DNA of 64,000 nucleotides from Raja brachyura. Lineage: Eukaryota. Both the position numbers and the translations under genes were made by a program. Within the stretch, counting starts at the first letter, position 1, and each line of letters starts with the position of its first letter. Below are positions 27,336-43,000 of this stretch, in pieces. The stretch is from the NCBI GenBank assembly GCA_963514005.1, contig OY740820.1, forward strand, positions 22,568,001 to 22,632,000. The letters run 5' to 3'. The notes beneath the pieces are model-generated. The model was given only the letters and a program-made list of their open reading frames with translations, had not been told where the DNA came from and did not search any database.

Positions 27336-29119
27336 GTGAGAACTATATCTTTAGGCTTGTGTAATCGAGTATCAACTTTTGGAATTTTAAAAGGTGCGAG
27401 TAAATAAGCTTTGTCAACTGCCTCTGGATGTCTGTAAAGTTATGGGACACTATCTCATTCGAATTAAGTCCATTGGAGTAAATTCAATGATTGGATACAT
27501 TACACCATCGTTAAGAAATTTGTATATTGAATCTGCCCTATACCGTTTTCAAACCTAATTCAACTACTTTTGTCAATGGCAAATTAAGCCATTATGGTGA
27601 TCTGAGGTGCAGACATTTGCTTTTGCACGATGACAAATGGTGCTATAATCCACGTGATCATCTGTGCAAAAGCATTGTTGCTCGTGACCCAGAGAAACTT
27701 TCTCTCTTCCGTCTTTCCATCAGTGTTTGTCACATGTATACCGAGAAAAAATAGGCCTGTGTTTATCAACCATCTTTTGATACTTTTGAGAAAAAGGTTG
27801 TGAACAGCCTCATTGAGCTACCTTATGGCAGTAATCATGGCTCTAGTCAATAACTGCATTCAGTGTCATAGGCTGGGTTTTTTTTCTGGCAACAGAAATT
27901 TGTAAAAAAGTTACTGTTACCTATTTTACCATTTTTTTAAGTAAATATAATTAACAGAATGGAGCATTTCTCAAAAAGGGAAGGGGAAACTAAATTCAAT
28001 AAAATTCTTCTGTTAAAAAAACATTTTCATAATTAACCATCTCATTTTTGTCTACCTTCACAATTAACCAAATACTTTAACATAAGCTATTGCTAATGTG
28101 GTTGAGTTATCTCTTTAAAATTTTAATTCTACTTATTGGAAGGTATAATATAAATAAAGGATCTTTTATTTGCCTAATAGTTCCTCACCCAGAAATATCA
28201 CATACATGTGCCAGCATATCCTCTGTATTAGTCCAAATACTCCATTGTTTATTTTAGTGACTCTATCTAGCATCTTCATGCTGCAGATGTTAAGATGTTG
28301 GTTCTTATGAAGTCAGTAGGGGCTTTTTTTTCCATTCCCAAAGTGATATAAATAGAAATTAGATAAGAGTGCATTTTAAAGGCACGGTCAAGCAACCTGG
28401 TGTATCGAGTCGTGTACCATTTAAAGGGCAAGTACATCTTTTCTTAAATGGGGAGAACAAAATTGGAATTATTTCTCCTCGTTTTGGTTCTCCTTCTTCT
28501 GTGTTTGCACTCCTTCTCCCTTTACTATGAAGACCAATGAGCATTTCCCTTGCCTAGTCTGCTGTAACTTTGTGCCTGTACACGGGAGTCCAGACTTATC
28601 TGCACATCAGTATTTTATAATTAATTCAATTTTAAAATGTTCTATAACCCTCCAAAATGAATAATCTTGCATTCTGCTTGTCCAACTTTTTGTTCATTTT
28701 CTTAATCGCTTATAACTTGTTTTTCTCTTCATTTTATTTTCACTTTATTTTCTATCTTGCTTTCTATTGTTAGCAAACCTAGATGTGATACACTTGGTCC
28801 TTTCATCCGAGTCATTAATATAGGTGAAGTCCCAGGTCTAGTTTGGCATGGCCAATCTAACAATGTGTTTAGTCTTAAAGGTGTGCATTATTTTCAATTT
28901 CATGTAACCTTTCATTGGGACTCTTGGAAATCCATATGTACCAACAATTGGTTCTCTCTCAGCTACTCTTAAGTTACATCTTCAATGAAGTGTAACTAAT
29001 TTGTCAAACACCATTTCTCTTCATAAAACTAGGGTTCTAGAACCATTGTAATTAATGAATAGTAATGATAAGTTGCAAACCATTTGGTTTTTATCCTCCC
29101 CAGAATGTAGCAAATGATG

Positions 29120-29319
29120 GTTACACAAAAAGCTGGGGAAACTGAGCGGGTGCAGCAGCATCTAAGGAGCGAAGGAGATAGGCGACGTTTCGGGTCGAGA
29201 CCCTTCTTCAAACGTCGCCTATCTCCTTCGCTCCTTAGATGCTGCTGCACCCGCTGAGTTTCTCCAGCTTTTTGTGCAACTCTCGATTCTCCAGCATCTG
29301 CAGTTCCTTCTTTAACAAC
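29120..29319. mobile_element. Palindromic Penelope-derived mini-element with 16-bp TSD
   Basis: About 70-bp inverted arms around cgggtcgagacccttcttc. TSD aatgtagcaaatgatg at 29104-29119 and 29320-29335. Confidence 0.85.
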
Positions 29320-29828
29320 AATGTAGCAAATGATGTTCGCTTTGGTGCTATGGAGCTTGACAGGAGGAAGAGTGGTGATATGGGGCCTTCCTATTGTAGA
29401 TGGTTTCATGCTAAAGATTACACCTTCCAGCCACAGGGGGTGTATTACAGTATCTGATCTTTTTGACCAGAAAGTGTTAAGTTCAACATCAAATTCCTTT
29501 AAAGATTCATGGGTTAAGCTGAAGGTTGGTTTAATGAGCACATCCTGGGTGGTTGTGCAGACATTGATAGGTCCATTGGCCAATATTGGTTGTGTTATTT
29601 TATTAAAGAACCTACTGCACAGCTATGTTTTAAACATAATCTACATTCATGATGCGGCATAAAGATATTCAAAATCATTTGTGATTCCTTCTTAAAACAC
29701 ACACGCGTGTTTTATATGAGATGTTCTGCCACTGATGAACACCCAGTATATTTGTAAAGGTGATTTTTTATTTAATTTAACACAATCTAACCATATTTTG
29801 CTCATTTTTTATCTTCTTTGTAATCCAG

Positions 29829-29923
29829 GATTCTCAAACCGAAAACAGATAATTCTGGAGAATATCAATGCGTCTTTACATTTGAAAGTTCGCCTCCAGT
29901 CAATGCCACAATTGACGTCAAAG
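29829..29923 (+). CDS. NPTN: Neuroplastin exon 4 (Ig2 C-terminal part)
   Basis: Acceptor aatccag| and donor G|gtaggc; 95 nt, phase 2 to 1. Encodes ILKPKTDNSGEYQCVFTFESSPPVNATIDVK with the Ig F-strand motif SGEYxC. Confidence 0.93.
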
Positions 29924-29942
29924 GTAGGCTCTGTCTCCATTT

Positions 29943-30140
29943 AAGGTAGACGCAAAATGCTGAAGAAACCCAGGAGGACAGGCAGCATCTCTGGATAGAA
30001 GGAATGGGTGACTGAAGAAGGGTCTCGACCTGAAACGTCACCCATTCCTTCTATCCAGAGATGCTGCCTGTCCTGCTGAGTTGCTCCAGCATTTTGTGCA
30101 TTTTGGTGTAAACCAGCATCTGTAGTTCCTTCCTCCACAG
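29943..30140. mobile_element. Palindromic Penelope-derived mini-element with 13-bp TSD
   Basis: Inverted arms enclose ctgaagaagggtctcgacctgaaac. TSD tctgtctccattt at 29930-29942 and 30141-30153. Confidence 0.85.
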
Positions 30141-30727
30141 TCTGTCTCCATTTTACGGGAATGCCAAGTAATTGCTCATTGCACTCCCCCTCTCCCGCTG
30201 TGCTGAAGTCTCATCACCTAGCTACATCATCTGTGTGCCACTGGAAAAAAAATCAGCACAAAAGCTTCTGTTGGCAACATGAAATGAGCAGTGGGTCATG
30301 GGGATCAGTACTAGGTAACAGTACCTCAACTCCTTCCTCTTTATATAAATGGAGAAACGTACAGAGAGACAATGATAGTCAGGAAGGCACGTAGTGAAAA
30401 GGGCAAATGGAGACTTTACATGGCACTTAGATATTTAGATGAAATGATTTAGGCAAAGGTTAAAATGGGGTTTTTTTGCAGCAAGTCATGAAGTTTTGGC
30501 AGAAAAAAAATTCAAATAAAGAAACAAAGGTGAAGGATGAGAGACCTGAGATCCAGTGGGACCTGGAGTCAGATTTCTAACAGCTAGTAATCCATAATAG
30601 CAAGTAATTAAGAAAGCAAACTGTATATAACCTCTAATTGCAAGAGGAATACAAAAATAGTTGTTTTAGTTATCCAGGACATTGGTGAGGTCACATGGAG
30701 TTTGTTCTCCTTATTCAAGGAAGGATG

Positions 30728-31000
30728 TTTAGTTTTGAGATACAGCACGGAAACAGGCCCTTGGCCCACCGAGTCCGCGCTGACCAGCGATCCCCGCACA
30801 TTAACACCATCCTACACACTCTAGACAATTTTTACATTTACCAAGCCAATTAACTTACAAACCTGTACGTCTTTGGAGTGTAGGAGGAACCCAAAGATCT
30901 TGGAGAAAACCCCCATGTCACGCAGACAGCACCCGTAGTCGGGATCGAACCTGGATCTCCGGCGCTATAAGGAGGCAACTCTACAGCTGCGCCACCGTGA
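30728..31000 (-). mobile_element. tRNA-derived SINE (same family)
   Basis: Tail, core and box B (ggatcgaacc) on the minus strand. Other copies at about 14140-14345(-), 25905-26130(+), 36045-36268(+), 40550-40872(-) and 48381-48597(-). Confidence 0.85.
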
Positions 31001-34000
31001 CAGCAGCATTGGGAGTGGTTGAGAGAAGATTTAAAAGACTATTAGTTAGAATGGGTAGATTTGTATGAGGGACAGGCTATGCTAGAATTTAGTTTGAGTG
31101 GGAATTTGATTGAAATTGACAGATACTGAGGAGTTCACAGCAGAAATGTGGGGAGGATGTTACATAAGGATGGGGTGTGGTATCTGTGTTGCTGATGATT
31201 AAAGGACTTCCCATTATGTGGGCCGGAGCAGAGGGAGTATATTGATAATATGAAGCAAATTCAAGATCAGAAATTGAAAAATACAGTAGAATACTTCAGT
31301 ACATTTTCATTCATGAGTTCATCTTCCGTAGAACCATGAATTTCTCATTAGCTAGAATACATAAAGGGAAGAATGCAAGGATATTCTGAACATCAATTAA
31401 AATCTAGTTATTGGTAGTTCTTGTAAAACAAACACTAAAACAAATTACCTCCTTTGGCAAAGAGAGGTCATTCACCCCATCCAGTCCATGTGTCTCCCAT
31501 CAGAGCAGTCCCATTTCCCTTAGCCCTGCAATTTATTCCCTCGTACATGCCCAATATCTCCCCTTTTATTTTATTACTTGCCTACACTAAACATCCGTTT
31601 ATAGTGGCCATTTGCCAGCATGTTTTTGGGAATAATTGAGAGCACCTGTCAAAAGCACATGGGGAGAAGGTACAAACTCCACAGAGACAGCACGCGACTT
31701 CAGGAATGAATCAAAGTTCTAGATTTGTGTGCACCAACACGTGACATGCTAAGTATTCCCTTCTGTATTTCTATATAGATATAAGTGAAGTGCAAGTTAA
31801 TTCTTCTGGGACAAATTATATTAAAAGTTCCGGAAACACTTTTAGTCAATATGTTTCTGAAATCAACAAATTGAGACTTTAGACACAAGGAACAGCAGAT
31901 GCTGGAATCTTGAGCACAAAGCAAAGTGCTGGAAGAACTCAGCGGGTCAGGCGACATTGTGGTGGAAATGGACTTACAACTTTCTGGGTCAGGAAGGTCC
32001 CGACGCAAAACATTGTCTGCCCATTCCCTCCACAGAAATGGATACTTGATACACTTAATGAGATAAAAATTGCAGTGTGAGGAAACAGCTTGTCCAGATT
32101 TTACCTTCACTTGTCCTTGAGGTTTAGTCTTGCAGCTTGGAATCGGAAGCCGCCTGCCAGATAATAATTATTAATAACTAATGAGTTGAATCTGTTTTCT
32201 GTGTGGATGCTAGGGAGTGCCTTTTATATCTCAAACCATTTTAATGCTCTTACTACTTAAAGCAATTCACTCGTGTCAAGCTGTGCGTGGGATTTTCGTC
32301 TCTTGGAAAGGCAAAACAATAATTTTGGCTGTATTTAATGAAGAGCTGTAAGAGAATCGTCTTTAGCATGGAAACGGGCCCTTCGACCTACTGAGAGCAC
32401 ACATCTTGGGTCGAGACCCTTCTTCAGTCTCGATCAGAAACGTCAACTATTTTCTCCAGAGATGCTGCCAGAGCCGCTGAGTTACTCCAGCATTTTGTGT
32501 CTAAACTAAAATAATGATATCTTGAAGTAACCGCAGTAGGTTATTATGGCACAAGCAATCCAGAGATGTGTTCATATCCCACCTCTGCTGTTTTTAAAAT
32601 AGAAATTAGTGAAAGTGGGACAGTTCTTTGAAGCAAAAACTGCCCTCATTTTAAAAACTGGTTATGACACTGAAGCTTTTTAGAATAAAGAAAATGTTCA
32701 TACAAGTGAATCCAGTCCAAAACTATCTGGTTCATTCCTGTGAATGGACAATCAGCACCAGCCGTGTTAGTATTGCTCACATCCTATTTATAATATTTAA
32801 CAATGTGAATCTGTAATTATTTGCTTACACTACGTCAGTATAGATGACAGGTTTATTCATTATAAACAGTCACAGAAGAAGGGTCTCAACCCGAAACATC
32901 ACCTATTCCTTTTCGCCAGAGATGTTGCCCGACCCACTGCGTTACTCCAGCTTTTTGTGTCTATCTTCGATTTAAACCAGCATCTGCAATTCCTGTCTTA
33001 GTGTTGTTGAAATATGGATGAATTGGAATTAATTTGCTTTTAAGTAAAGTTAGATAATTCTGTTCTCATAATTAAGGCTTTAAAATAAGAAATGGGAGCA
33101 GGATTAGATCATTCACTCCTTTGAGCTTGCTCTGCCATTCATCAACGTCATACATGCTCTTCATTACAATTCCTGCATTGCCCTTGGATTGCTTTAGTCC
33201 CTAGAAACCCTTGGGAAGAGAAAGGAATTAGTTCAAAAAGGCCTACTGTCTTTCTGTTTTTTCAGTAATAATAATGCTGCATTTTTCCTAGCCACTTAGA
33301 ATAAAGGGCGCAAGTATCATTGCCGGCAGGAGGTACGAAATGAGAGATACTTAAAACATCTGTGCGGTATTTACCTCAAGGAATAGAGAAATTCATAGAA
33401 ACAACAGCCAGTCCATTTAAATGTCATAGAAAATACTTTGGAAAAATGTTAGTTTAGATTAATTGAAAACAATTAAATAGTACAGCAGAACCAAAAAAAA
33501 GTATACGCATGCATTGTATAAATCCTAAGTAGAATACTACTTGTGGGAAAAGTATAAGATTTCCTGAAATAAAATAATAGCATCAAAGAAGAAAAGACGA
33601 GGCTGTCTATCTGGATTGTTGTAAAACAGCTCTGGAACGCTTATCTCCCGTTACTGGGATTGGTTTAGGTGTTGCAGCTGAACTACAATTTAAATGGCTT
33701 CAATTGTCAGGGATTTTATGTTAGTAATATACCCACCTTGTGTCAACATTTCCAGCATCAGCGGCTTCACATGGTACATTTAGCATTGTAAAACGCCATG
33801 TGAAAGTTAACAATTTTACTCGGATAGAAGGCACCAGCCTATGTCTTATATTGTCAAAATCTGCTAACTGTTCAAGTTTGAAAGGAGGCTGCTGGCACTG
33901 ACACTCTGCTTTCTCCCGCTCTGGTGCAGTTCTGCAGAGTCCACTACATGCACGCATGTAATTAGGTCACCGCCCATATGGCTGTAAATTAATCCTTTCC

Positions 34001-35561
34001 AAGCCTCAATATTTCCTCATACTCCAGCAGATCCATTTCCTAATTCCATGTTCATTTGAACCTCTCCAAAGCTCATATATGAATGATGTCACCCCAGCTC
34101 TAACATTACTGCAGTTAATCTATAATCACTTGTACTTCAGTATTGGTAGCTGCCTACTATCTATTCAAAGTTGTGCCAAACAAGTTTACATCATTTAACA
34201 ATGCCGAGTGCGAACATTGATTAATAATGAATTATTTTTAAAATGTAAAATCCACATGTAATCATGATAATATAAAAATGCTGTGCGTGCTGGGAATCTT
34301 TGAAACAATTTGGGTTTTCTCAGAGTGTTTCACAGTGCGTACTGTGAAGGCCTTGAATAAACCGACTTGTTTGAGAAACTCACCTTTGCTCTACGAGATG
34401 TTCTTTGTGTTTGTTCCTGAGCTGTAATTAAGAGGGCAACTGGGGCCCTACCTGAAAGCCAGATTCAGGGTACAGATTAAACATAAAATTCCCTCCAACT
34501 TTTCTGCAATCCCACACCAAGTCTATTAAATGTGGCTTCACAACATTGACAGAAGACAAAAACGTTCCATAGATTAGCGTTTCATCAACATCTGCCAGTT
34601 TGGGGGGGGGGGGGGTGGGGGGGTGCAGGACCTCAGAACTGGGCTTCTTGATGCCTGGCTGTTGTCCCCAGCTGGCCATGTGTGTCACATGTACTGACAG
34701 TCAGCATGGTTTGCTCTCTGCATTCAGTAACAGCCGAGCGTGGGCAGACAGGGACAGGTGGTAGCGAGGTGTGATACATCAACCACTTTGCTGACTGTTT
34801 AGTATACATGTGCCAATGAATTTTCCTTTCAGTGGGCAGGAGAACATGATCAGTAAACCGTTCATTTAACTTGCTAACTGTAGATCAAGGCTACAAAGAA
34901 TTGCATTGTAGATAGATGTCTGGAATTGGGGTACTTGGTAACTGAAGAAAGCATGCAGTTAGGAAACTGAAACATTTAAGATAGCGTTCGAGATTGTGAG
35001 GTTTCTGAATATAACATTTGATTTATTCAAGTAAATAATCTCTAGACAAATGTGTTGGAAGGATGCCATGGTACAGATCAGCCATTGGTATTAAAATTGT
35101 GTATTCTGTTCATCTTTTGCTCATTGAAGGGAGGAATTAGGTCTATCAGTAGAACGACTAAATTTACCCGTCGTACAGTTTAATTCAGAATCATCATTAG
35201 AAAACATTGAATTATAATATAAATTCAGTTATTTTTGATTAACGGCTGTATAGGTTTGGAGGAAATTGAAGATGCTCATATAATAGAGTACATTATTTTA
35301 GAGAAAAACAGTGGTGGTACCACATCTGACCTGAGGAGTTGAACATTCAGATAAGATGAGACCACAACATATTGAAGGTGGTGATTATAGCGTTTAACTG
35401 GCAAGTTATTTTTGAGTTTTCAAAGCAGCTGAAATAAATGTTGAATCAACAATGAGGCAAGATGACGGACTGACGTCAGCAAAGTTTTAAATTGGGGGGG
35501 GGGGGGGGAATGGATGCTAGGAATTTTGCCGTCAGTTGGTAGTTTACATAAGCATTAATAA

Positions 35562-35780
<219 letters not shown>

Positions 35781-36776
35781 TGAATCTCATGCTTGGAATG
35801 CTTCTCATTTTTCTTTTAAATTGAATTCAAGTTCTTCACTTGAAATAACGTGGCTTGACTAGTACATATTAAAGATGCTCAAACAAAAACCTCAATTTCT
35901 GTATCTGCTGTTATGCTTTGGGGCAAATAGGAGAGAGAAGTGAATTGTACAAAGGGTGGTACGCCAGTGAGGAACCAGTGTTGGATGTCTGACTTCACAA
36001 AGGAAAGCTGCATTTTTATTGTTCCTTCAAATAGACTTAATGAGGAGCAGCACGGTGGCGCAGCAGTAGAGTTGCCGGGACCCGGGTCCGGTCCTGACTG
36101 TGGATACTGTCTGTACTTTATCCCTGTGACTTTGCCTTTCATGTACAGACAGGCCTGTAGGTAAAAGATAAAGTGTGGGATGCTAGTGTGTAGGATAGTG
36201 TTAGCGTACAGGGATCGCTGGGCGGCACGGATTAGGTGATTCCGCTCTACATCTATAAACTAAACTAATTCACTGGAATGAATGAGCATGCCTATGCATT
36301 ATTGTTGTGTAATACTTTTGATAGCAAGCTCCAGAATAGATGACAAAGCAATTAAATAATGCAACAGATATTGATCATATGTTCATAGTTTGAGTAAATT
36401 GAAATTGAATTCCACGGCTGTCAGACTAGACAACAAGGACAAAAGGGCTGATATTCCTACTTGTATCCAGTCCACTGCATCAGAGGTGCATTAACCCTTG
36501 TGTGAGCTACGTTTCTGGATTCAGGCAGAGGCTTCCTGCTGCCGGCTACACTTGGCAGTGACTGATGTCCAGAAAGAAAAGAGATTGAACTCAGATTTGA
36601 GACAAATAATTGCTTTGGCATTCTCCTTATTTCCTAAGCACTGGACAACACTTTGTTCCTCTACAACACTTTGTTTATCACGCACGTGGGAATGTCTTTT
36701 GTTCTCTGGAATGAAAGAAATTGGTCATGTTACATTTTTAATCAATTTCAAAATTGTTTCTCCTGTCCTCTGATAG

Positions 36777-37091
<315 letters not shown>

Positions 37092-40000
37092 TAGACTTAA
37101 CCCATTTAATATTAGCCTGTTCAGGTGGCCTATTAATACTCTATCAGTCTCTAGAATTAAATAGGTTACTTGAAAAGACATTGAAGCATTTATATATTAC
37201 GTAGAATTTTACCTGACCCTTTTTTTTGATGTTCAATTGCTTTTCATTCATTTGTTTATGCTGAAGGTAAAGCTTTTCCCTTTTGAACATTGAAAATTTT
37301 CATTGGTTTGAATTTGCTAATTTATTATTTTAAGAAGGAATTCTGACAGTAGAACAGAGGTAATGTTTTTCTGAGGAACATTTTACATATTTCCATTACA
37401 GACAATAGTGGATTCTGAATGCAAACTAATCACTCTGATATTGATCTTTGCTGACTCAGTAGAAAAGTTCCAAGTATTTCACAAGGACAGTTTACAAAAA
37501 TATTTTGAGAATGTAGTCGCAAAGCAGTATTTTATGTTTTTTAAGGATTTATTTAAGACCTGTTTTCTCCTACACTGCTCATGTCTTTGTCTGTCTAATT
37601 CACCTGCATCCTGCCATTATTCACACCCCTTCCATGTGTAAATGCATGTCTGTGATTGTCACTGCAAATTGTAACTATACAGAAAGAAAGCAAACATTAA
37701 ATGTTTTAATGCAAAAAAAGTTACATTTAATGGAATGATTTTAAAGTTGAGATTATCCAGTTGTTAGTGCTGTAAATTATAATCCAATTGATTCCAGTTG
37801 TATCCTTCAGTGTTTCACCATAGAACTTGAAGATTATTGCAGCGTATGATCAAAATGGTTTGCATGTGTTTGATATAATATATATATATGTCCAGGATGG
37901 TAGACAGCAATACATCTTTCTATCTTGAAGTGCTCAACCACTCAACCCTTTGTTCAGCCCTGTGGATAGCATGATGTGTGTCATGGTAAGCAAGTGTTGT
38001 AACTTCAGATAGCTGCATGGGACTCGTCTGCACAGCACATGAATCTTCCTTGTGGAAGCGCAGTCTCCAAGATAGGCTAAATACAAGGGTTGAAGAAGTG
38101 ACAGGGCAGAACACAGACACAATTAAGAAATAATTCAATAAAAGCAGAGGATGTGGAAACAAAGGAAAATCTCTGAAGACAGTTATTGAAATAAAGCTGA
38201 TGAAGGGCCCCTTTAATCAAATGATGTATCTACTGCTTAATATGTGTTTGGTGTGTTTGTTTTTACTTTGCTAAAGTAGTTAGCATCCAGCATTGATCTG
38301 TTGAGAAGCACAGAAATTCGTGTGAAATATTTAGTACCCAGTAGAATTTGAATCTAGTTTTTTGTACAGATATTTATATTATGGACAGGTACAAGGATTG
38401 GGCCAAACGTAGGCAAGTAGGGCTAGAGTAGACGGGGCAAGTTGGCCGAAGGGCCTGTTTCCATATTGCATGACTCTATGACTCTATTCAAGATTCCCAA
38501 ACTAGCAGAGTATTAGTTGAGATTTTGTTCATTCTAGATTCTAAATTTTATCTTGATATTAAATTGCCCAGTCTTGTTTTCTGTCTTTCATATTGGATAT
38601 ACAATGACATCTTATCTTTTGGCAGAAGCCTGTATTAGTAATGCAACTCAGCAATGTCTGTGTTCAGTGAAATGCGCTCTAATACATATTTACAATGAGT
38701 AGAAGATAGACACAATGCTGGAGTAACTCAGCGGGTCAGGCAGCATCTCTGGAGAAAAAGAACAGGTGACATTTCAGGTTGAGACCCTTTCTTCAGACTG
38801 AGAGTCAGGGGAGAGAGGCCGATGACTCAAGAAAAGTGGAGCCCAAATTGTTCCATTGTTGGCAGTGGAAGAGGTGATAATGAAGGGATACAAACAGTGA
38901 AACTAGCAGGATGACTTGGGTGGGGGAGGGACAGAGAGAGGGGGAATGCAAGGGTTATGAAATTAGAGAAATCAATGTTCGTAACGAAGATAGATATAAA
39001 ATGCTGGATCAGTGGGACAGACAGCATCTCTGGAGAGAATGAATAGGTGACGTTTTGGGTCGAGACGCTCTTCAGACTAAGTTTCATGCTTGGCACGAGG
39101 ATGAGTTTAAACCATGAAGTGCAATTTGTGTGAGGCCTTGTTTTTCTGTCCTTGTCATTTTGTGTGACTGAAGTATGATATCCTGCTGAATTGGAAGTAG
39201 CACCCCTGGGAAACAAAGTGATATTGATTAAAGGAAGAGGTTGCAGTGTGCGAGTGGACAATAGCATTCACGTGGTAAAAGGAGAGCAGTTCTAAAGTAT
39301 TGGAAAACAAGGAGGTCTGGACGGCAGTGGCTTGGGAATGCATAACTGCTTTCCAAAGGGGAAATATTCTGAATTGTTTATAATCGCTTTTTGAGAGAAT
39401 GCAGGACAAATAAGCATAGAAAAAAATAGTCTTGACCATTTTATTCATGTAGAGGGAAAACTGCAGTGATTCCAGGTCAAAACTAAGCTGATAGTTTGCT
39501 GAACCCAGCTGAAGCTAGTGAATGCCTGTGAAACTATTTTACACTGACAATGTTTTGGCAATGATGCAACTTTTTAAACAAAAATGGCCAGTAGACATTT
39601 TACATGCCAAAGACACTAAATGCACCTCAGGCATGGTACAGATTTAATGCATTATATGATGATTCTAGACTCCATTTACTGCTGAATTTACTACATGTAT
39701 ACTCTTGCTTGATAAGCTTTGCATCGTGACTTTAAAGGCTATATAAATTTGTAGTTAGCAAAAGGGCTTCTGTTTACCAAATTATTTTCTAAATTTTCAT
39801 CCATTCATTTTTATTTTTCTGTCCGGCCCGACAAAGAGCTTTGAGGGAGCAATTGATGGATTGATAACGTCTTCATACAGAGCAAAACTCTGCAGATGCT
39901 GTAAATTTGATATAAACCAAAAAAATGCAGCAATTGCTCAGGTTTACATAATCTGTGGGGAGAGGAATTGGAGCCAATATTTTGAATTGGCAAAATGATT

Positions 40001-43000
40001 GATTAAGTTATAAAAGGTCATCATTGTGAAATGGCTTCATACAAATAAGCCATTCCTTAAAAACTTTTAGAAATAACCAATAGCAATCGATACCTCTATC
40101 ATTGTTCCTGCTGCAGTAATAACAGTACATCTATTGAAGATCATTCAAGTTTTGTAATGGTTAGGTTAACGAGCAGCCAACAAATTTTATATTAATCATT
40201 GTATCTATTCCACGTTCTGCATTGTGTCTGCTTTACTGAGAGGAATGGTTTCTCCAGTAATTGGTGCAAAAATCTCCATTTACCTTGTTTGTTTATTTCA
40301 AGTCCATCAGAAAGTAACTCGGGATTAGTTTAGAGCTCCCTTAACTAGCAGTTGTTGGGGTTGACAGTTCCAGGTTAATTAAGAGCTTATTATGCAATAA
40401 AAAATAATGGAATATTATTGGGAGTGCCACAATAAGCATTCAGCAGCAGCATTGAAAGCTACACTTGGGAAACTTGCTTCAGGGCATTGCCGATAAGTAT
40501 GATGTGGAAAACAAACCCAAGAGAATGCCTAGCTGCTTTGAGAGGTTTATGAAAGATACAGCATGGAAACAGGCCCTTCGGCCCATTGAGTCCACACCGT
40601 CCATCGATCACCAATTTGCTGAAGATACATTAGTTCTATGTTATTCCACTTTCTTATCCATGCCCCACAATTGCAATTTTCAGTGGTCAATTAACCAACA
40701 AAGCCGCATGTCTTCGAGGTGTGGAAGGAAACTTGAGCACTCGGGGGGGGGGGAAGCCACACAGTCACATAGAGAACCTGTAAACTCCACACAGACAGTA
40801 CCTGAGGTCAGGATTGAACCTGGGTCTCTGCTGCTGTGCGGCAGCAGCTCTGCCAGCTGCACCACTGTGCCGGATTAATGATTTTGCTAGATCATTCAGT
40901 AATCTGACTTCCTGGGCAGTCTGTTTGCCCTTGGTTCGATTGCCCAATATCACTAATGTCAGGTACCAGAATAAGCACTTTAGGTTACTGGTCCCTGAAA
41001 GAGAAAATAGCACATTTGCACCTGATTCCCAGCCATTGGGATAGACCCTGGATCCTATCAACCTGCGCAGAATGCCATTGCTATTTATGGATGGTCATTA
41101 TTGTTTCAGCATTAATTACTTCAAATGTGCATTGGACAGTTAATGCATTGTTTCAGACAATGCTTGAAACATTATACTCTACGTTCAGAGATGTTTTGAT
41201 TTATCAAAGATAATGGATCATTGAATCTGACCATTAAATCTCTTTCAGCATTCAGAATAAAAATGTCTCTCATTATCTTAAGGTTTATCAAAATATTGCA
41301 GAGTGTTAGTGTTAGTAAATATCTCGCATTATTCTCAGTAGATTTGAGTTTATGGCTCCAGTTTATTACAGAATTGATATTAAAACTAAAATAGTAAGAG
41401 GGAAAGGCCAGATTGTTAGATTGTTCTGTAATCCTACTTCCTGGCCAACCGGTTTGTCCCTTAGTTCCGTTGGCCAATAGCAATATCCAGTATCAGCCAC
41501 AACTTAAATTTATAATAAAGTATAATGTAATGACTAGGCGATCACAATCTGAAGGAAAATTCCAAAGATTCATGATCTGCATGAAGAAATGTCACTTTGA
41601 CACAGTAATGAATGGCTTGTCCTTGTATTTGGATGGCTCCCAGGTTAAGTACTCCAAACAAAATAATGAGTTTATTATCCATCCTGTAAAGCCCCCTCAG
41701 AATCTTGAGATCAGTTCCATTCCTCAACTCTATAGAATAGCAACATTTACTTGATCAAGCCCTGCAGAATAATAGGACATTCACTCACCAATGCAGTTGA
41801 ACTAACAGTCATCCTGCAAGGTTGGAGTGATATTTGAGGCCTTCAGCTAGAAGAACTTTTATGTCGCAATTAATTTGAGATGCAATCGGAGCATAGTACA
41901 TATTTTTGTAAAACTGACTGGTCATGAATAAACAAAGACCTTTGTTAAGTCTGTTGAAACAGTCTTTGCTTTCAATGTTCATGAGTATTTGGGAGATGGG
42001 AGAACAATACTTGGTGTTGACCAGGATTTTTTTTTAATTGGGTATTTACGTGATGGATGTTCATGGAAGAATTTGCAGTTCGTATGATAGTCTTAATAAT
42101 TAAATTTGTTTATGAATCAAGTTTTATTTCTAAATGCTCATGTAATACTCAAAATAACCTGAACTACACTAAAAGGTTGCCAAAATCAACTCCAAGTAAA
42201 GCGTTTGAAAGGTGTGGCTACTTTGGCAGTGGGGTCACGGAAAGTAAGGCAAGGTAATGCTCATGTTTTTTTGTTAGAACTGCCACCTTGAGAAAATACA
42301 AGATACAGCAATTTTCCAAATTTTGCAGTTCCTTCTTCCAGGGATACAGGCCATTTCCCCCATGTCTGTTTCCAACAAGGTCAGATGGCCAAAGGGAGAC
42401 CTTCATCCTAGCGCTCTAGATTAGAACTATGGTTTGTATTGATATTTGTCGGTTATTGTGACTTCTTTTCTTTCCCTCTCAATTGCATCATACCCTAAAA
42501 CTGGTGGTAAGTGAGAGAATTGCATGCTCGAGTTTGTTTCTCCTCAGCTTCAAGTCTGAAGTGCATCAGTTCATGATGTTAAAACTTTTTTCCAAGTCCT
42601 CATCTACGTTCGCAACTTTTTTTCGTATCTTCCATTCCGTTTTTCTGCTGCCCATTTCTGGATTTGTAGTTCTGTTTTCTTTTGTTTTTAAATCAGCGTT
42701 TGAGTTTTTTGGGTTTAGTCTGCTCTGTTTCTGTCCTGGGGATGTTACAGGAGTTGGCCAGAACTAACGGCCTGCAAACATAGATTGCTTCTAGGTTTGA
42801 ACTAGTTGTCTTCTAGAGCTATATGGCTTATGATGAGGATTTCAACCATACCATGGTCTGCATCAGGGGTATTGCTGTGTCTGCATGTGCCATGGCAGAT
42901 AGCTATTGTAAAATCTGAATAGTTTCAGTGTACATACCACAGGGGTGATATGGTGAAGAAACAAATCAGGAATCATTCTAGCCAGTGTAGGATTGAAATA

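Noticed and set aside
42483-42780. Strand-biased segment giving a Lys/Asn-rich minus-strand reading frame and a + strand acceptor at 42547
   Set aside because: The minus frame is bounded by stops and lacks coherent splice sites. The + acceptor gives only 9 residues before a stop. Possibly an old TE remnant, but unassignable.
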